Source: Lingula anatina (lineage: Eukaryota > Animalia > Brachiopoda). From it: DNA of 64,000 nucleotides. Location of the stretch: positions 19,902,001-19,966,000 of the forward strand of contig CM120642.1 in assembly GCA_051362555.1 (NCBI GenBank). The letters run 5' to 3'. Position numbers and translations under genes: made by a program. Positions 49,982-62,445 of the stretch are shown one piece after another. The notes under the pieces were generated by a model, which was not told where the DNA came from, did no database searches, and saw nothing but the letters and a program-made list of their open reading frames with translations. Numbering within the stretch: position 1 is the stretch's first letter; every line of letters starts with the position of its first letter.

Positions 49982-52883
49982 CTGTAAATATAGACAACTT
50001 ATTTACAATTTAAAGAAAGGAAGTTGTTACTATAATACGGTGACTGCGTTTTAGAATGTGAAAATAATTATTTGAAATAAGGTGTGTTTCCAGATTTTGT
50101 ATTCACTGGCACGATACATTACCAGTTTTCCTAATTATTAAATCAGAAACGATGACATCATCTCAAATGCAGAATGAAACAACCAGTAGTTTGTGGTCGC
50201 ATCGCCATTTCAACAAACAATACGCAATATATTTTGTACATTATTTCTTAATTTTTACCACTTAAGTTTGAAACTCTATAGAAATCAAACATTTCATTTC
50301 AGTAAAGACTAAATATCTATAGTAACATGGTTAACAACACAAAGTTCATTATCAGAATAAAATTTAAACGTTCAAGCGTTCTGAGAGAGTCAACAATTAA
50401 TCTACCATTGTGGTTTATTGCTACTGCTACTCATTTTTCAGAACAAGATGCAGTACAGTCTAGTGTAGTTTTTTCATCGCGTTATGGCACACAAACATTG
50501 GTACAAGATAGAGTTTTGAATATCACCACACCTCCAAAGACATAAAATTTTGCTATGATATTTCCCTGGCCAGTGTGTACTTTACAGAGGTGAATAGACG
50601 AAAAGAAGATGCAGGCTGACGGTTTGTAAAATTTATTAAAACAAAACTAAATAAGAAGCTTTAATATATAAGACTTTAATATATAGACATGTTAACATTA
50701 CAAGACGTATTACATGTATATTACTTTGTAAATGGTGAAAATAAAGATCCAAATACAAATAGGAAGCTAGATTAGATAAAACGAGTTTAAGTGGAGCACA
50801 AAATAATCTTTGAAAATAAGTTAGCGCACGTATACACTGTGAAATATACATATAAGGGAAGCAGTATAGTAACATAATATTACTACACAAATGCTGGTAT
50901 TGAACATTTTGACTTAAAGAAATAAACCATAAATTTACGGAACGTATTAAAACAAAATACCTGTGTTAAACATTTTCCACGAAGGAGTAATAAAAATGCA
51001 ATTAATTGTATAATTATTCCCTTTTGTTATAAATTGTACATGTTATGTTGTACATTTCCTCGTGACAGGAAATTTTCAAACATGGGAAAGAAAAGAAGAA
51101 GAAGAATATTTAGCGGAATCTTTAACTTTGCACGTCAGTTAGAACTGGTATCGAAGCCCTGTCTGACATACGTTGAGGAGGCCAACATCAAATGAAGTAA
51201 AATCGCATAATAGTAATATTCTGTTATCATAGCTCAATCGTGCAGTGCCAGAGAGAGAAACTTCAAAATACAATATGTTCGAGGCAGGAAGTGGCCGTCT
51301 TCAAAAGTGGGCAACATAAATGAGAGTAAAAGCTAGCTAATCAATGAGGGTACATTGAAGAATGAGAACTAAAGATGAGAGGCGACATACAAGTACCTTG
51401 GGCATGCGTAATAAATAATCTTCATGGCTGAAGACTTGTTTTATTCACGAAATATACAGGTACTTATGTATGAATTATGAAAACTAGGCCAGTCGTTACA
51501 ACACGATACACAATGAACCCTACAACTTACGTATCCTTGTCTTTTAATGTATCCTGCCGGGCATCCCTCTTCTATATTCCTTTCACGATCTGTTTCAATT
51601 CTGAAATCTGGACCAAAATCCATCAGCATGGAAAAGGGTTGGATGCCTTCTGTGTTCTTTGACTCAAAAACCCTGTCAACAGGCTGTGTGTCCTGTATCA
51701 TCTGTGGACAAATTAGACTGTTTTCCTCAAGGATTATACCATTGCACGAGGCGCAATGAGGATTAGCAAATAGGCCGAAAGTTGACCACAGTTTTGATAT
51801 CTCGTCAGGACAATTCCCATTACAAAATGTTCCCGTAATTGTTGGGGAATTGACTGGTTTTATTTCAAGGTCGATTGGAAAATAAACAAGTTCTGTTGTT
51901 GACATCGTCCGCGTGGTTGAAGTAGTTGTGGTTGTAAAATACAAACGAGGTGGTAACCCTCCTACAACCCACTGGTTATATGCTTCACATTTCTCCCTCT
52001 CATTGTCATCATACTGCTCCCAAAGGCCTGTAACGTTGCAAGTTTGGATAAGATCCCCATATTCAAAAGGTTGAAATTGCGCCATCCATTCTTCATACCA
52101 TGAATCTACTGATGAGAAATCTACGGTAATGATGTCAGAATTTTTGCTGACATTTGTCCTACACACGTGCATATCACCTTCCATATGAGAGCGGTGCTTA
52201 AACAAAATTGAACAACTCGGCAAAGATGCTATTTGTCTCAACAAAGAAAGTTTGTCCGTGGAATTTCTGGGCAATGAATCGATTATGTCAGGCGATTTGC
52301 AATGAAAAAAAAGTAGCCAGGGCTCTATATCTGTATCATTGTGACAAACAGCACAGTAAAGATTTCTATACACCAGACGACTTGTCTTGGACCAGACTGG
52401 TAGGTCTTTTTTCGGATCTAGATCGGTTGTTCTGCCTGCGTTGAAACATTCCATGAAGTTAATATTGTCGTCGTTGGGCAGACAAGATGTTATCATCTTC
52501 ACCGCGTTCAGCATGCCTGGCAGAGTCACACACGATGTCTGGTTCTTCTTATTCTTGATATTTTTCAACCGCTTTATTTCAGCTTCTGATCCATTAACAG
52601 TGACATCATGGCAACAATCACCGTAAGCCATGCAGGTTTCCGGGGCACAACTACAGTAGGGGGCAACGCGTCCGCAAGAGAAAGTATTGTTAATCAGTGG
52701 ACATAACCTGTTTATTTCTTCCTTATGGTGAAGGGTCTCTCGAAATAGCGGCGATTCTTTTTTGCTTTCCGCCAGTAATGCTGATGGTATTGATAAATTT
52801 ATACTGGTCTTCACTAAGAGACAAAAATGAAAGCACCGCGTTAGTGAGCACAACATGCTGTTAGCTGTGTGTCGAACGTCCAT
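47729..52883 (-). CDS. Methuselah-type class B GPCR copy 3; exons 52883-51531 and 49981-47729; 1201 aa
   Basis: Paralog with the same two-exon structure; first ATG at 52883 (MDVR). Confidence 0.88.
51531..52883 (-). CDS. GPCR copy 3 exon 1
   Basis: SMB-like/Cys-rich ORF; donor gtaagt. Confidence 0.9.
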
Positions 52884-54486
52884 AGAATTCAAATGTGCTG
52901 GATAGCAGCTTTAAAAACCAATGCGTGCGTCATGGAAGTAGATAATTAACCGTCAGAAATGAACATAAGGGATGTAAAGATTCACTTTAGTTCAGCTACC
53001 TTTCAATCATTCTATTCTCCAATTGTCCATTTACTTGACAAATGATGTTCGGATAATATGTCAATTTAATGAGCGGCAAATGTTGGATATATCAAAATAA
53101 CATGTTTCCTTTTCTATCACGAAACTAATCTGAGTGCAATGCTTTTATTAAAAGCGCGTTATGCAAGAAATTAAATTGGTCACGGTTCTCTGTGATTAAG
53201 TTTGTTGTAGAACGTGAAATGACTCACCAAATAAGATTACATATCACTTTTTCATGCACCGAATTAAGTGCATGCGTTGTTGATAAGAAAGTTAACGACA
53301 AGCGCTAAAACTGAATGTTTTTATTCTAAAGTAATATGCATGTATATCGACATTCCAAACCCAAGTACAGTACATCAGTCCTGATCAATGCTAAAGTGTG
53401 CTTCTCGCCAGACTTCAGGTACAATGAGATATGTAAAAGTTCACCATTTCTATGGGTGATTGCACTGTAATAATTGATATGCTTAATTTTTAATGCTCTT
53501 GACTACTGAAACCCAACGCCAAATGCCAAGTACTTATGGCTATAAGTATAAATAGTCCTGAACCCTGTACAAAGTGTGTTTGGTGATAAGTATCATTTTA
53601 TGTTTGGGTGACAAGGGTCGTTTCTACTCAAAGATACCTTAAAAGAAAAACGTCAATATATAATTACAGTTATATAATTACAGCGATTGGTAATCAATAC
53701 TAAGAATTATCTCTTTGGAAACAAAGGATACTTCAAGTTCCTTTCCAGATAGTCACTAGTTTCCTTTACATTTCAAAATCACCAAACAAACTCATTCAAA
53801 GTTTACATTGAAAAAAGCAGTTGGGTACTTTTTGTAAGCATTTCATTAGTACATTGAATTAGAAAAAATACACATATATTGTATATGTAAGCCTGCTATC
53901 CAAAAGACAAATGAAAATTATAACGTGGATTTGCGAAAATTGTTTATCTTTGTCATCTGGGTATAAGCATTTTGGTAAAAAAAACTATATTCACATTAAT
54001 TGAGAGTCTCAGCTCCACAGACAAATGTAAATAATAAGATGGAGTGTCGAAAATTGTTTTTCTATGTCCCTGTCATCTGAATATACGTTTAAATCGTTCG
54101 ATAAAAGCCTTTTCCCAGCCGTCGCGTGAAGCATGATTAAAGGACCCATTCCCATTAATTAAGTCAGTACTTAATAGGCGTTCCCCTGCCGTGGGAAAAA
54201 TTTATCACCTTGTTTACTAACAGCCAGAAACCGTTATGTAATTGATAATAACCCAAAAAGAACTCTTGGCAGATATACTAATTGGTCCGTAATAATGAGA
54301 TCTAAAACAGTACAGATAGGATATTTAAAATGCTACCCTGTGCTTGTCTCCAGACACAAATATTAAACTCTTCAAATGACGAATCTCTCAAATAAAAGTA
54401 AATGCAAAAGCATCAACATGCAGTGAAAAATTAGCAATATTGAAATAATGTGACATGATAACGGCGCATTCCCCAAAAAACAGGCT

Positions 54487-56745
54487 TCAAACAGCAACTT
54501 CAGGCGCTGCAACATAGGTGGCGCTCCGTGCGTTTTTAGCTGATGTCAGTGTAGTCATGCTCATAGATGTAGTAGATGTTATATGACCTGGTGACTTCTT
54601 TCTGCAATAATTTCGATACCGTTGCAATACTGACTTTTTCATAATGTATGAAAAGCAAATAAAAGCACCTTGCAGGCAAGAAAATACGTAAAAGAGATAC
54701 CACATAAATGAGAGACTTGTAAATGCAGCAATGAACGCAAAAATCCACCCAAAACCCATTAACGTTGATAGTTTACAGTAAACAAGAAATTGGTTGTAAT
54801 TTGAACCACAACGTTCAACACTAGGAACAGGCCGTAAGGCAATAGCAGTCCTAATGAAGAACCCAAGTTGTAGGAGAATAGTTATTCCAACGGGCAGAGC
54901 GAAACTGTAGGCAAGTGCCATAGTATTACCTATCCAACACGAGGAACCTCCTGTGCCGTAGCCTATCGAAATACTGCTGCATTCACAAAAGTCAATAACA
55001 ACACACGGGATAACAATTACCAATGGAGAGCAATAGCTTATTAGGCAGTATATGATATGCCACTTACGAATGTCCGAATAATCAAACTGGGCAATACTAA
55101 AGGGATATGTAAACGTCCAACACATATGAAAAGCACATGCAGTCATCCAAGCAAATGAACAAAGCCACCAGTAATGCATCACAATAGCAAACACTTTACA
55201 AACAGCATTGTTTTGAGAGGGTACATAATTAAGGAGAAACAATAACTGTGCAAGCATCAGGGTGACGCAGAGGTTAAATGAATTTTTTCCGGGAAGGCCC
55301 TTTCTCAAGTCTACAAACAACAGATAGGTGATAATTGTAAAAACCAAGCAAAGGACAGATAGCGAGAGAAGACTATAGGAGACAATCACCTGCACAAGAA
55401 CATGTGAAGATTCGGGAGTTGTATTACTCTTTTCTTTCAAGTAGTCGTCTACACAAATAAGAACCCCCTCCCCGTCTTTAATAAAGTTGGACTGATTCAA
55501 TGTTAACCCATTTACAGACAAGGTAATTATGTTACCGTCTCCAGTGAACTCAGACCTGTTAAGACGCACTCTACTACAGTTCAGGGTGTCTTCTGAAATC
55601 TTGGTGACATTTGGTAAACGGCGGTCTTGTTTATTTTGTACAAACTGTGGTATCTCGAAAACATTCATGGCGACGGACAATCCCGGATTTAAAGCAGAAA
55701 CTCTGTATTTCGAATCTGCTCTGCTTTTGCTTGCCATTATATTAGATTGCTTTGAATTTAGAATGGAAGAGTCACAACAATTAAATGATGGACATAAAAT
55801 GTACGGAGATGTAGGACATAGTAAGTTGGTCTGCTCTGAAACAGGATAATGCACAAAGTAAGGCATATCCATAGTTAGAGAACTTAGTACTATATTACTA
55901 AGATATACGCGTACCGTCCCATATGTTGTTTCTAAGGAAAAATTGCCATCGATAAAATTTTGCTTTGCGTATTCAAGAGTAAATGAAATGTTTGTGAAAC
56001 TTGTCGTCAAATGGCCTGGTTTCCTGTTGGTTGTTTTTTCTACACTAATTTGATTTGAACTAGGACCTTCGGCAAAAATAAGACTAACTCCAAGGGATTC
56101 AAAATGATGTAAAAGGTGGCCTAGAACACACCGCTCTGTCTCATTAATCCTGTTGTGCATAGGGGATTGCAAGGTCGAATTTAATTCTATTGTCAACGTT
56201 CCTGAAATGGAGATATAGTACTCTGGCAGCTTATGCCTGACGACGACTTTGTTGATCAAGTCCCTAGAGTCCCATGGTTTCTGCAAATGTTCGCCAAAAC
56301 TTGATTCAATCGCACTCGCAGCAGACGACGAAATAGCTTTCCACAACGCGGAACCAGCCAGGTAAATGTTGTTCTGCTCATTCAGTGGCAGCGTTTTAGA
56401 TAAAAAAGGTTGTGCACACGCCTGATATATAATACGTGTTTTAAAGATGCCAATAAGGACAATAAGTGGCTCCAATTTACAACCATAAGTATCACCATTG
56501 GATACTTTTCCCCTGTCTTCTGTGTATTCACATTGGATTTCGTCTGGTATACTGCCACCAGCTGCGTTGGCTATGCTTTCAATTAGATCCTTACACGAGA
56601 CTGGATGGGTTGCGTCAACGGAAAAAGCATAAAGTTTCACGGGCACCTTAAAGCTGCAATTCAGGTTGATTTCAGGGAACTGGTCAATGCAGTCTGTACC
56701 ACTGGGAATCATACCGGCTGGACAAATGATTTTTCTGCATTTCTC
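54487..56745 (-). CDS. GPCR copy 4 exon 2
   Basis: 741-aa ORF with 7TM; acceptor ttacag. Confidence 0.92.
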   Translation of the reverse strand, partial: EKCRKIICPAGMIPSGTDCIDQFPEINLNCSFKVPVKLYAFSVDATHPVSCKDLIESIANAAGGSIPDEIQCEYTEDRGKVSNGDTYGCKLEPLIVLIGIFKTRIIYQACAQPFLSKTLPLNEQNNIYLAGSALWKAISSSAASAIESSFGEHLQKPWDSRDLINKVVVRHKLPEYYISISGTLTIELNSTLQSPMHNRINETERCVLGHLLHHFESLGVSLIFAEGPSSNQISVEKTTNRKPGHLTTSFTNISFTLEYAKQNFIDGNFSLETTYGTVRVYLSNIVLSSLTMDMPYFVHYPVSEQTNLLCPTSPYILCPSFNCCDSSILNSKQSNIMASKSRADSKYRVSALNPGLSVAMNVFEIPQFVQNKQDRRLPNVTKISEDTLNCSRVRLNRSEFTGDGNIITLSVNGLTLNQSNFIKDGEGVLICVDDYLKEKSNTTPESSHVLVQVIVSYSLLSLSVLCLVFTIITYLLFVDLRKGLPGKNSFNLCVTLMLAQLLFLLNYVPSQNNAVCKVFAIVMHYWWLCSFAWMTACAFHMCWTFTYPFSIAQFDYSDIRKWHIIYCLISYCSPLVIVIPCVVIDFCECSSISIGYGTGGSSCWIGNTMALAYSFALPVGITILLQLGFFIRTAIALRPVPSVERCGSNYNQFLVYCKLSTLMGFGWIFAFIAAFTSLSFMWYLFYVFSCLQGAFICFSYIMKKSVLQRYRNYCRKKSPGHITSTTSMSMTTLTSAKNARSATYVAAPEVAV

Positions 56746-58935
56746 CTGTAAATATCAATTATAGTATTAATACCATGCATAATTATCCCCCAGAAGTTAC
56801 AGCAGGAATAGAAATTAACCAAAGAGAAGTTCAAAAACTGTATTTGGTCTAATATGTAATAATATGAACAATGGATACACATTTTAACTTTTTAGATTTC
56901 TGTCACAATGACTTTAAACTAACTTTTCATGTTTTGTCCTATATTTTGTATATCAGCAACCCATTTTACTCCCTCTAATAAATTTCACCCTAAGGTGTTT
57001 ATTAAGATATTGTTTGATGTAGTTACATATATTTGAAAACATGCTGCAATTACTGTAAACAACATAAGATGTCTTATAGATTTTATTAAATCACACCTTA
57101 TATTTCGAGCTATATGTTTATGCACTGTAGTAGGGAAGTGAAGAAAGTCAAGGATTTTTTATCGGCAATATCATCCTTTTGAGTGTATAAAAACCGTGCC
57201 ATGAAATACCAGTGGAACTCAATATATAAAAAATATCACCTTGGTGAAAACAAATTTAGGTTTTGTACAGTAACAATATGCATGTGGACTTGCACCATAC
57301 TAAAACACATAAAAAATGGAGGAACAGGGAAAAAGAAAATAAATTCAATACCGCCTTAATTCTCTATGTAAATTCGGGTTTTGGATATTTGTTTAAGCAC
57401 CAAAAATTCATTCTGAAAAATAGTGTTTCCTTGTATTGAGTAGAATAGGTACTTTTGAGTCTTTCAGATATAAATCTTAAATGCATGTTGTATTTGTTAT
57501 TTAATTTTGTCAAAGAATGTTTAGACTTTTTCATCATTACTGGTTTTCTGGATACATGCCCCCTCATATGTGTAGAACTAAAAACAACCCGTTTGTTGCC
57601 ACAAGATACAGAGGGAACACAATGACTTACGTATCCTTTTCTTTTGACATATCCTGCTGGGCATCCCTCTTGTATAATCCTCTTGCCGGCGGCTGCCATT
57701 TTGAAATCTGGGCCAAAATCCATCAGCATTGAAAACGGTTGAACGCCTGAAAGTACCCTATTGCTGAAAGATGTGTGCGCCTCACGTATGTTTGCTTTTG
57801 CCTGTGGACATATTAAGCTATCGTTTCGAAGGATAACGCCATTGCACAGCGCACAATCAACGTTAGCGAATAAGCCAAATGATGACCACATGTGTGAACG
57901 CTCATCGGGACGGTATTCAGTAAAAATCATTACTGTCTCCATTTTGGGGACTTCTGTCGTTGACTCCGATACCGGTGGGGTGGAATTCGTGGCAGAAAAC
58001 AGATTAGGTGGTAACCCTCCGACTACCCACTGATGATATGCACCGCATCTGGCTATCTGTTCTTCGTCATAGTTCTTCCAAAGACCTGTCACGTTGCAAG
58101 TTTGAATAAGATCGCCATATTCAAAAGGTTGAAATGGCGCCATCCACTCTTCGTACCATAAATCTACCGATAAGAAGTCCACGGTAATGTTGTCAGAATT
58201 TTTGTTGGCATTTGTCCTACACATGTGCATATCACCCTCCATATGAGAGCGTTGCTTAAACAGAATTGAACAACTCGGCAAAGATACAATTTGTCTCAAC
58301 AAAGAAAGTTTGTCTGTGGAATTTCTGGGCAATGAATTGATTACGTCTGGCGATTTGCAGTGAAAATTAAGCAGCCAAGGCTGTATCTCTGTATCATTGT
58401 GACAAAGAGCACAGAAAAGATTTCTATACACCACACGACTTGTCTTGGACCAGACTGGTAGGTCTCTTTTGGGGTCTATATTGGCTGTTCTACCCGCGTT
58501 GAAACATTCCAAGGAGGTAATATTGTCGGCATTTGGCGGACAAGACGTTACCATTTTCACCGCGTTCGACATACCTAGCAGAGTAACACACGACGTTTGG
58601 TTCAACTTATTCTTGTTATTCTTCAACCTCCTTATTTCAGCTTCCGAACCATTAAAAGCGACATCATGACAACAATCTCCATAAGCCATGCAGGTTTCCG
58701 GGTCACAACTGCAGTAGGGCGAATCATCTCCGTAATGTCCGCAAGAGAAAGTGATATTTATCAGTGGACATAGCCTGTTTATTTCTTCCTCGTTTCTGTG
58801 AAAAATTCGCAGGAGGTGTGGTAAATCATTTTCGTCTTCACTTGATGATGATAGGTTAGTTTTCACAGCACTGCCAACGTTCACAAACGCACAAACATGC
58901 AAGTACCAAACTAAAGCCCTGTTTGAGAGAAACAT
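54487..58935 (-). CDS. Methuselah-type class B GPCR copy 4 (most divergent); exons 58935-57631 and 56745-54487; 1187 aa
   Basis: Same architecture and splice positions; divergent mid-ectodomain and a shorter, dissimilar intron. Confidence 0.88.
57631..58935 (-). CDS. GPCR copy 4 exon 1
   Basis: SMB-like/Cys-rich ORF; donor gtaagt. Confidence 0.9.
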
Positions 58936-61039
58936 GTTGCGCTGTGTGCGGAAAAATTCCGTTTTATCCGAGTTAGCAGGGCAGAGGCGTTAGTATAGGC
59001 ACTGTAGCTCATATGTCAGAACAGTAGAGTAATCAATCTAACCTTGAAACAAATATAGTGAACATAATTATGCCTTTAACCTCTAGGATTAACTCGACTT
59101 GAAACTATTCTATTTTCTAAGTGCCCAAGCAGATCATATATAATGCATGTTACAAGAGTGCCTCTATTCCCTCTGGGTAGAATATATATAGGAAATTAAA
59201 AATAATAAGTCCACAACCCTCTCACATGTTTATTAAATACATTTGATTACACAGGAAATTGAATGGTCTTCATATGTTATTTTCGTTGCTTTACACATAT
59301 TATTGAAAATATGATAGCATAGGCCTACCTGGTTCTTTATTCAGCTTTTAATGTTACATGTTAACATTGTCTATGCTACTTCCGATGCAACTGCATAGCT
59401 ACATACGAGTAGAAAGTAAAAGAAATAATTTAATATGGTTGATGATTGTCTATCAATTGATGTATACAGGATCAGAGAAGTTTTGGACTCTTTTTTTTCT
59501 CGTGTTGCTGATTGTATATATAGAGCAACTCTAGTTGGAAGGATTCATACTTTATGGGTTTAGTAATTTTCATGATAATAATTAACTTAGTTATAGAGAC
59601 ACGTCGGAAACCGTTCATTATCTCAGACAAATAACAATGCAGCAAAAATGACGATTGGCCACCCTTTGTGCAGAAACGTGTAAGGTGGTAAATAAAACAA
59701 CAGAAAAGGTAGTTGGTGCTCCACAAGTGTTTATTTTTATTGCACTGATTTTGAGATGAAAAGTTCACATGAAAGTTACTGAGAAAAAGCTATTTTTCCA
59801 AACATACGCCTTTATAACGATTCTAGAACAACCCCCCTCCCCCCCCCCCCCTCCCCGGCAATATCCCCCAAGACTTCCCAGGAAAGAAAATACTATATTT
59901 GAGGTATTTATATAATTCTTGAATATTTTACTAAATAAAGAAAGAAGACAGGAAATGAAAATATGAAGTATTGGGTATAAATTACAAGGTTCAGAAAGTT
60001 CACTTACGTGCATACGTAAATCATGGAAGGGAGCCGTTACTTGTTGGATCCTATAGAGGCAGATTTTGTAAAAATTTTAATAAAAAAAATAAAAATAAAT
60101 AAAAAAATACCATTCTGTCAGTTTTTTCAGTTCTGTCTAAAACTGAACAAAATTTATGCCATTTTTTGTTTGTGAGTTTTCTGAGTAACAGGTTAAGTAA
60201 ATCATAGAAAAAGAAAATAAGTTTGAGACAGGAAATCCGATGGCAAGCACATTTCAAAATAATTGTGATTACAGTCATTTTGGTGGTAAAATATAATTTA
60301 TTATATATCTCTGTGCTGTTTACCAAGTATTTATTGTGGAAAATATTAATCTCATAAAGAAGAGTTGTTATCCCAGTACGTAATTACCAGGCTATTTAAA
60401 GTGGCCATTTATAAAAAAAGGTTGCGATACAGATAAGTATAACGTACCAGGTGTACAGGGCCCAAAACTGGCGGTGTGTATTTGGAGCCCGCCCTTCAGA
60501 GATGCGAATCCAGTTGTGACTCAAACTTTGCCACTTCCCATCCAAATTAAATTGCATCATTTTACACAGAGGAAATCGTGGGCGATGTGTAGAGCATAAG
60601 CATACAGACAACGGAGACAAAAGAAAACAAACATCATTGGCAGATTATTCGTACATGTTATTGAAATTATATAGACATGGAAGCCTTTTAAACATCATTT
60701 ACTATTAAATAAATCATTAGTATGTCACTTCATTTGCATAACTACTCTTCTAAAGAGTGAAATAGGTGAAAGAATAGTACCTTTGGGAAATTGTTAATTT
60801 CCGTAATGGAAATGGCACCTTTTACTGGTACTCTTGTTGTCGGATAATGGCTTGATGATAGATCGCACCTTAAGCGAATAATCTTCCCTCTGGACATGAT
60901 TCACCCTTTCTGTCTAATGAGGACGTTTTAATTAAATTCCTCTTACTACACTGCTCCTCCTCCGATCCCCCAAATAATTAATAATAAGCAAATAAAAAAT
61001 TACAATATAAAATAAATAAACAACAGTAACAATCATGAT

Positions 61040-61488
61040 CACTGGAGAAGCATTCAGAGAGCGCAGACCTCCGCAAAGGAAACTCGATTCTCACTAATCA
61101 TTCCTTAATCATTTAAATAACTCAATTTCCATTTGACTAATTAATAATAAACTAAATAATGAGCTAAATTCTCAAAAATCAAATTAAGTTACAGCTAAAT
61201 CTCCACCTTAACATAGCCCATTTCCGACCTATCCTGAAAATTTTATTAAAATCCGGCCATAATTTTTGAAATATACGTTTTTACCAGACAGACATACAAA
61301 TAACAATTAATAATAAACCACGAATTGATTAAATAATTATTGGATAACCGAAATCTAATCAATTTGAAGTTGTAGCTTATTTGTGATCTATCTACTGACA
61401 TCAAAATCCAATCTTAACTTTTTGAGTTAGGCTGGTGGCAAACTAACTAACAAATAACATAGAAAACCACCTTATTGGCACTGGTAAT
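61040..61488 (+). mobile_element. Non-autonomous Helentron-associated (HINE/DINE-like) element
   Basis: Starts actggagaagcattcagagagcgcagacctccgcaaagg and ends acc..ttggc..ggtaat, with internal acag/acaa microsatellite-like stretches; recognised from memory of this repeat class. Confidence 0.55.
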
Positions 61489-62445
61489 AACAATAACAGT
61501 ATCGTAACAATAATAGCAACAACACATACATAGATGACAGAGGTTATGCCATAAACAATCAAATCAATCCTTAACATATGCATAAAATAGAAGAACTAGA
61601 CTTTTTCTTCGAAATGAGTTTTGTTTCATATTGAGTAAATTAAATACTTCTCACACACGTGACAAGGGCCTGGAGACACATCCTGTCCGTATAGCTCACA
61701 TGACCTCAAAGAGTAGTAGTAATAGTAACTTGCCTTAAACAATTGCCTTAAGTAAGTTAGGAGTTGGCATGCACCTTACAGGTATTTAATAACATGCTTT
61801 TTTTTAATAAAATTTACATCGTCATTTTCATCCACCCAGGTGTGTGCACATGTTACGACGAATAAACTGTTATGACCAATTCATCACGTCAGTTTCTTAT
61901 ATAGGATCTGAGGTTGAGATCTCAACACTGGGCAGTTATCAATTACAAAGCCTTATGTTTTTATTAAGTATTATTCTTTACATATCAACTACTTGGTGAT
62001 AAGCTGGGTAAAGGCAGTGTTTTTTTAAATGACGAACACCCACGCTGACAATTCAACTAGCATCTAAATGCATAAATTACACAGGGAAAATTCACACAGA
62101 CATATTCCCATTTCCAAATTTAGGCACATTTCAATATTTCCCTATGTACCATTTTGAGCATATATTTATCAGATTTAAAACTCCAAGTCAGATCAAAATA
62201 ATGGAAGATGCAACAATGACAAAAAGACAAAAAATGGCGAAACAAGACATTGTTGGTATTTTATGTGAACATAAAAGCAAACGTGATCCTAACCTTACTT
62301 CCAGTCCGTCAGCTCTAACTGATATTATTCTAACATTCAGTGCTATGATTAACAACACTCTGTAGGACAAAACCATTCCTCAGATTCAAGTTCCTCACAA
62401 CTCACTGACTGGAATCTTATGTTAATCCATTAGTTTGTTCGGTGT

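Noticed and set aside
62188-62376. Hydrophobic ORF as a possible extra terminal exon
   Set aside because: The phase does not match the only plausible upstream donor near 62454
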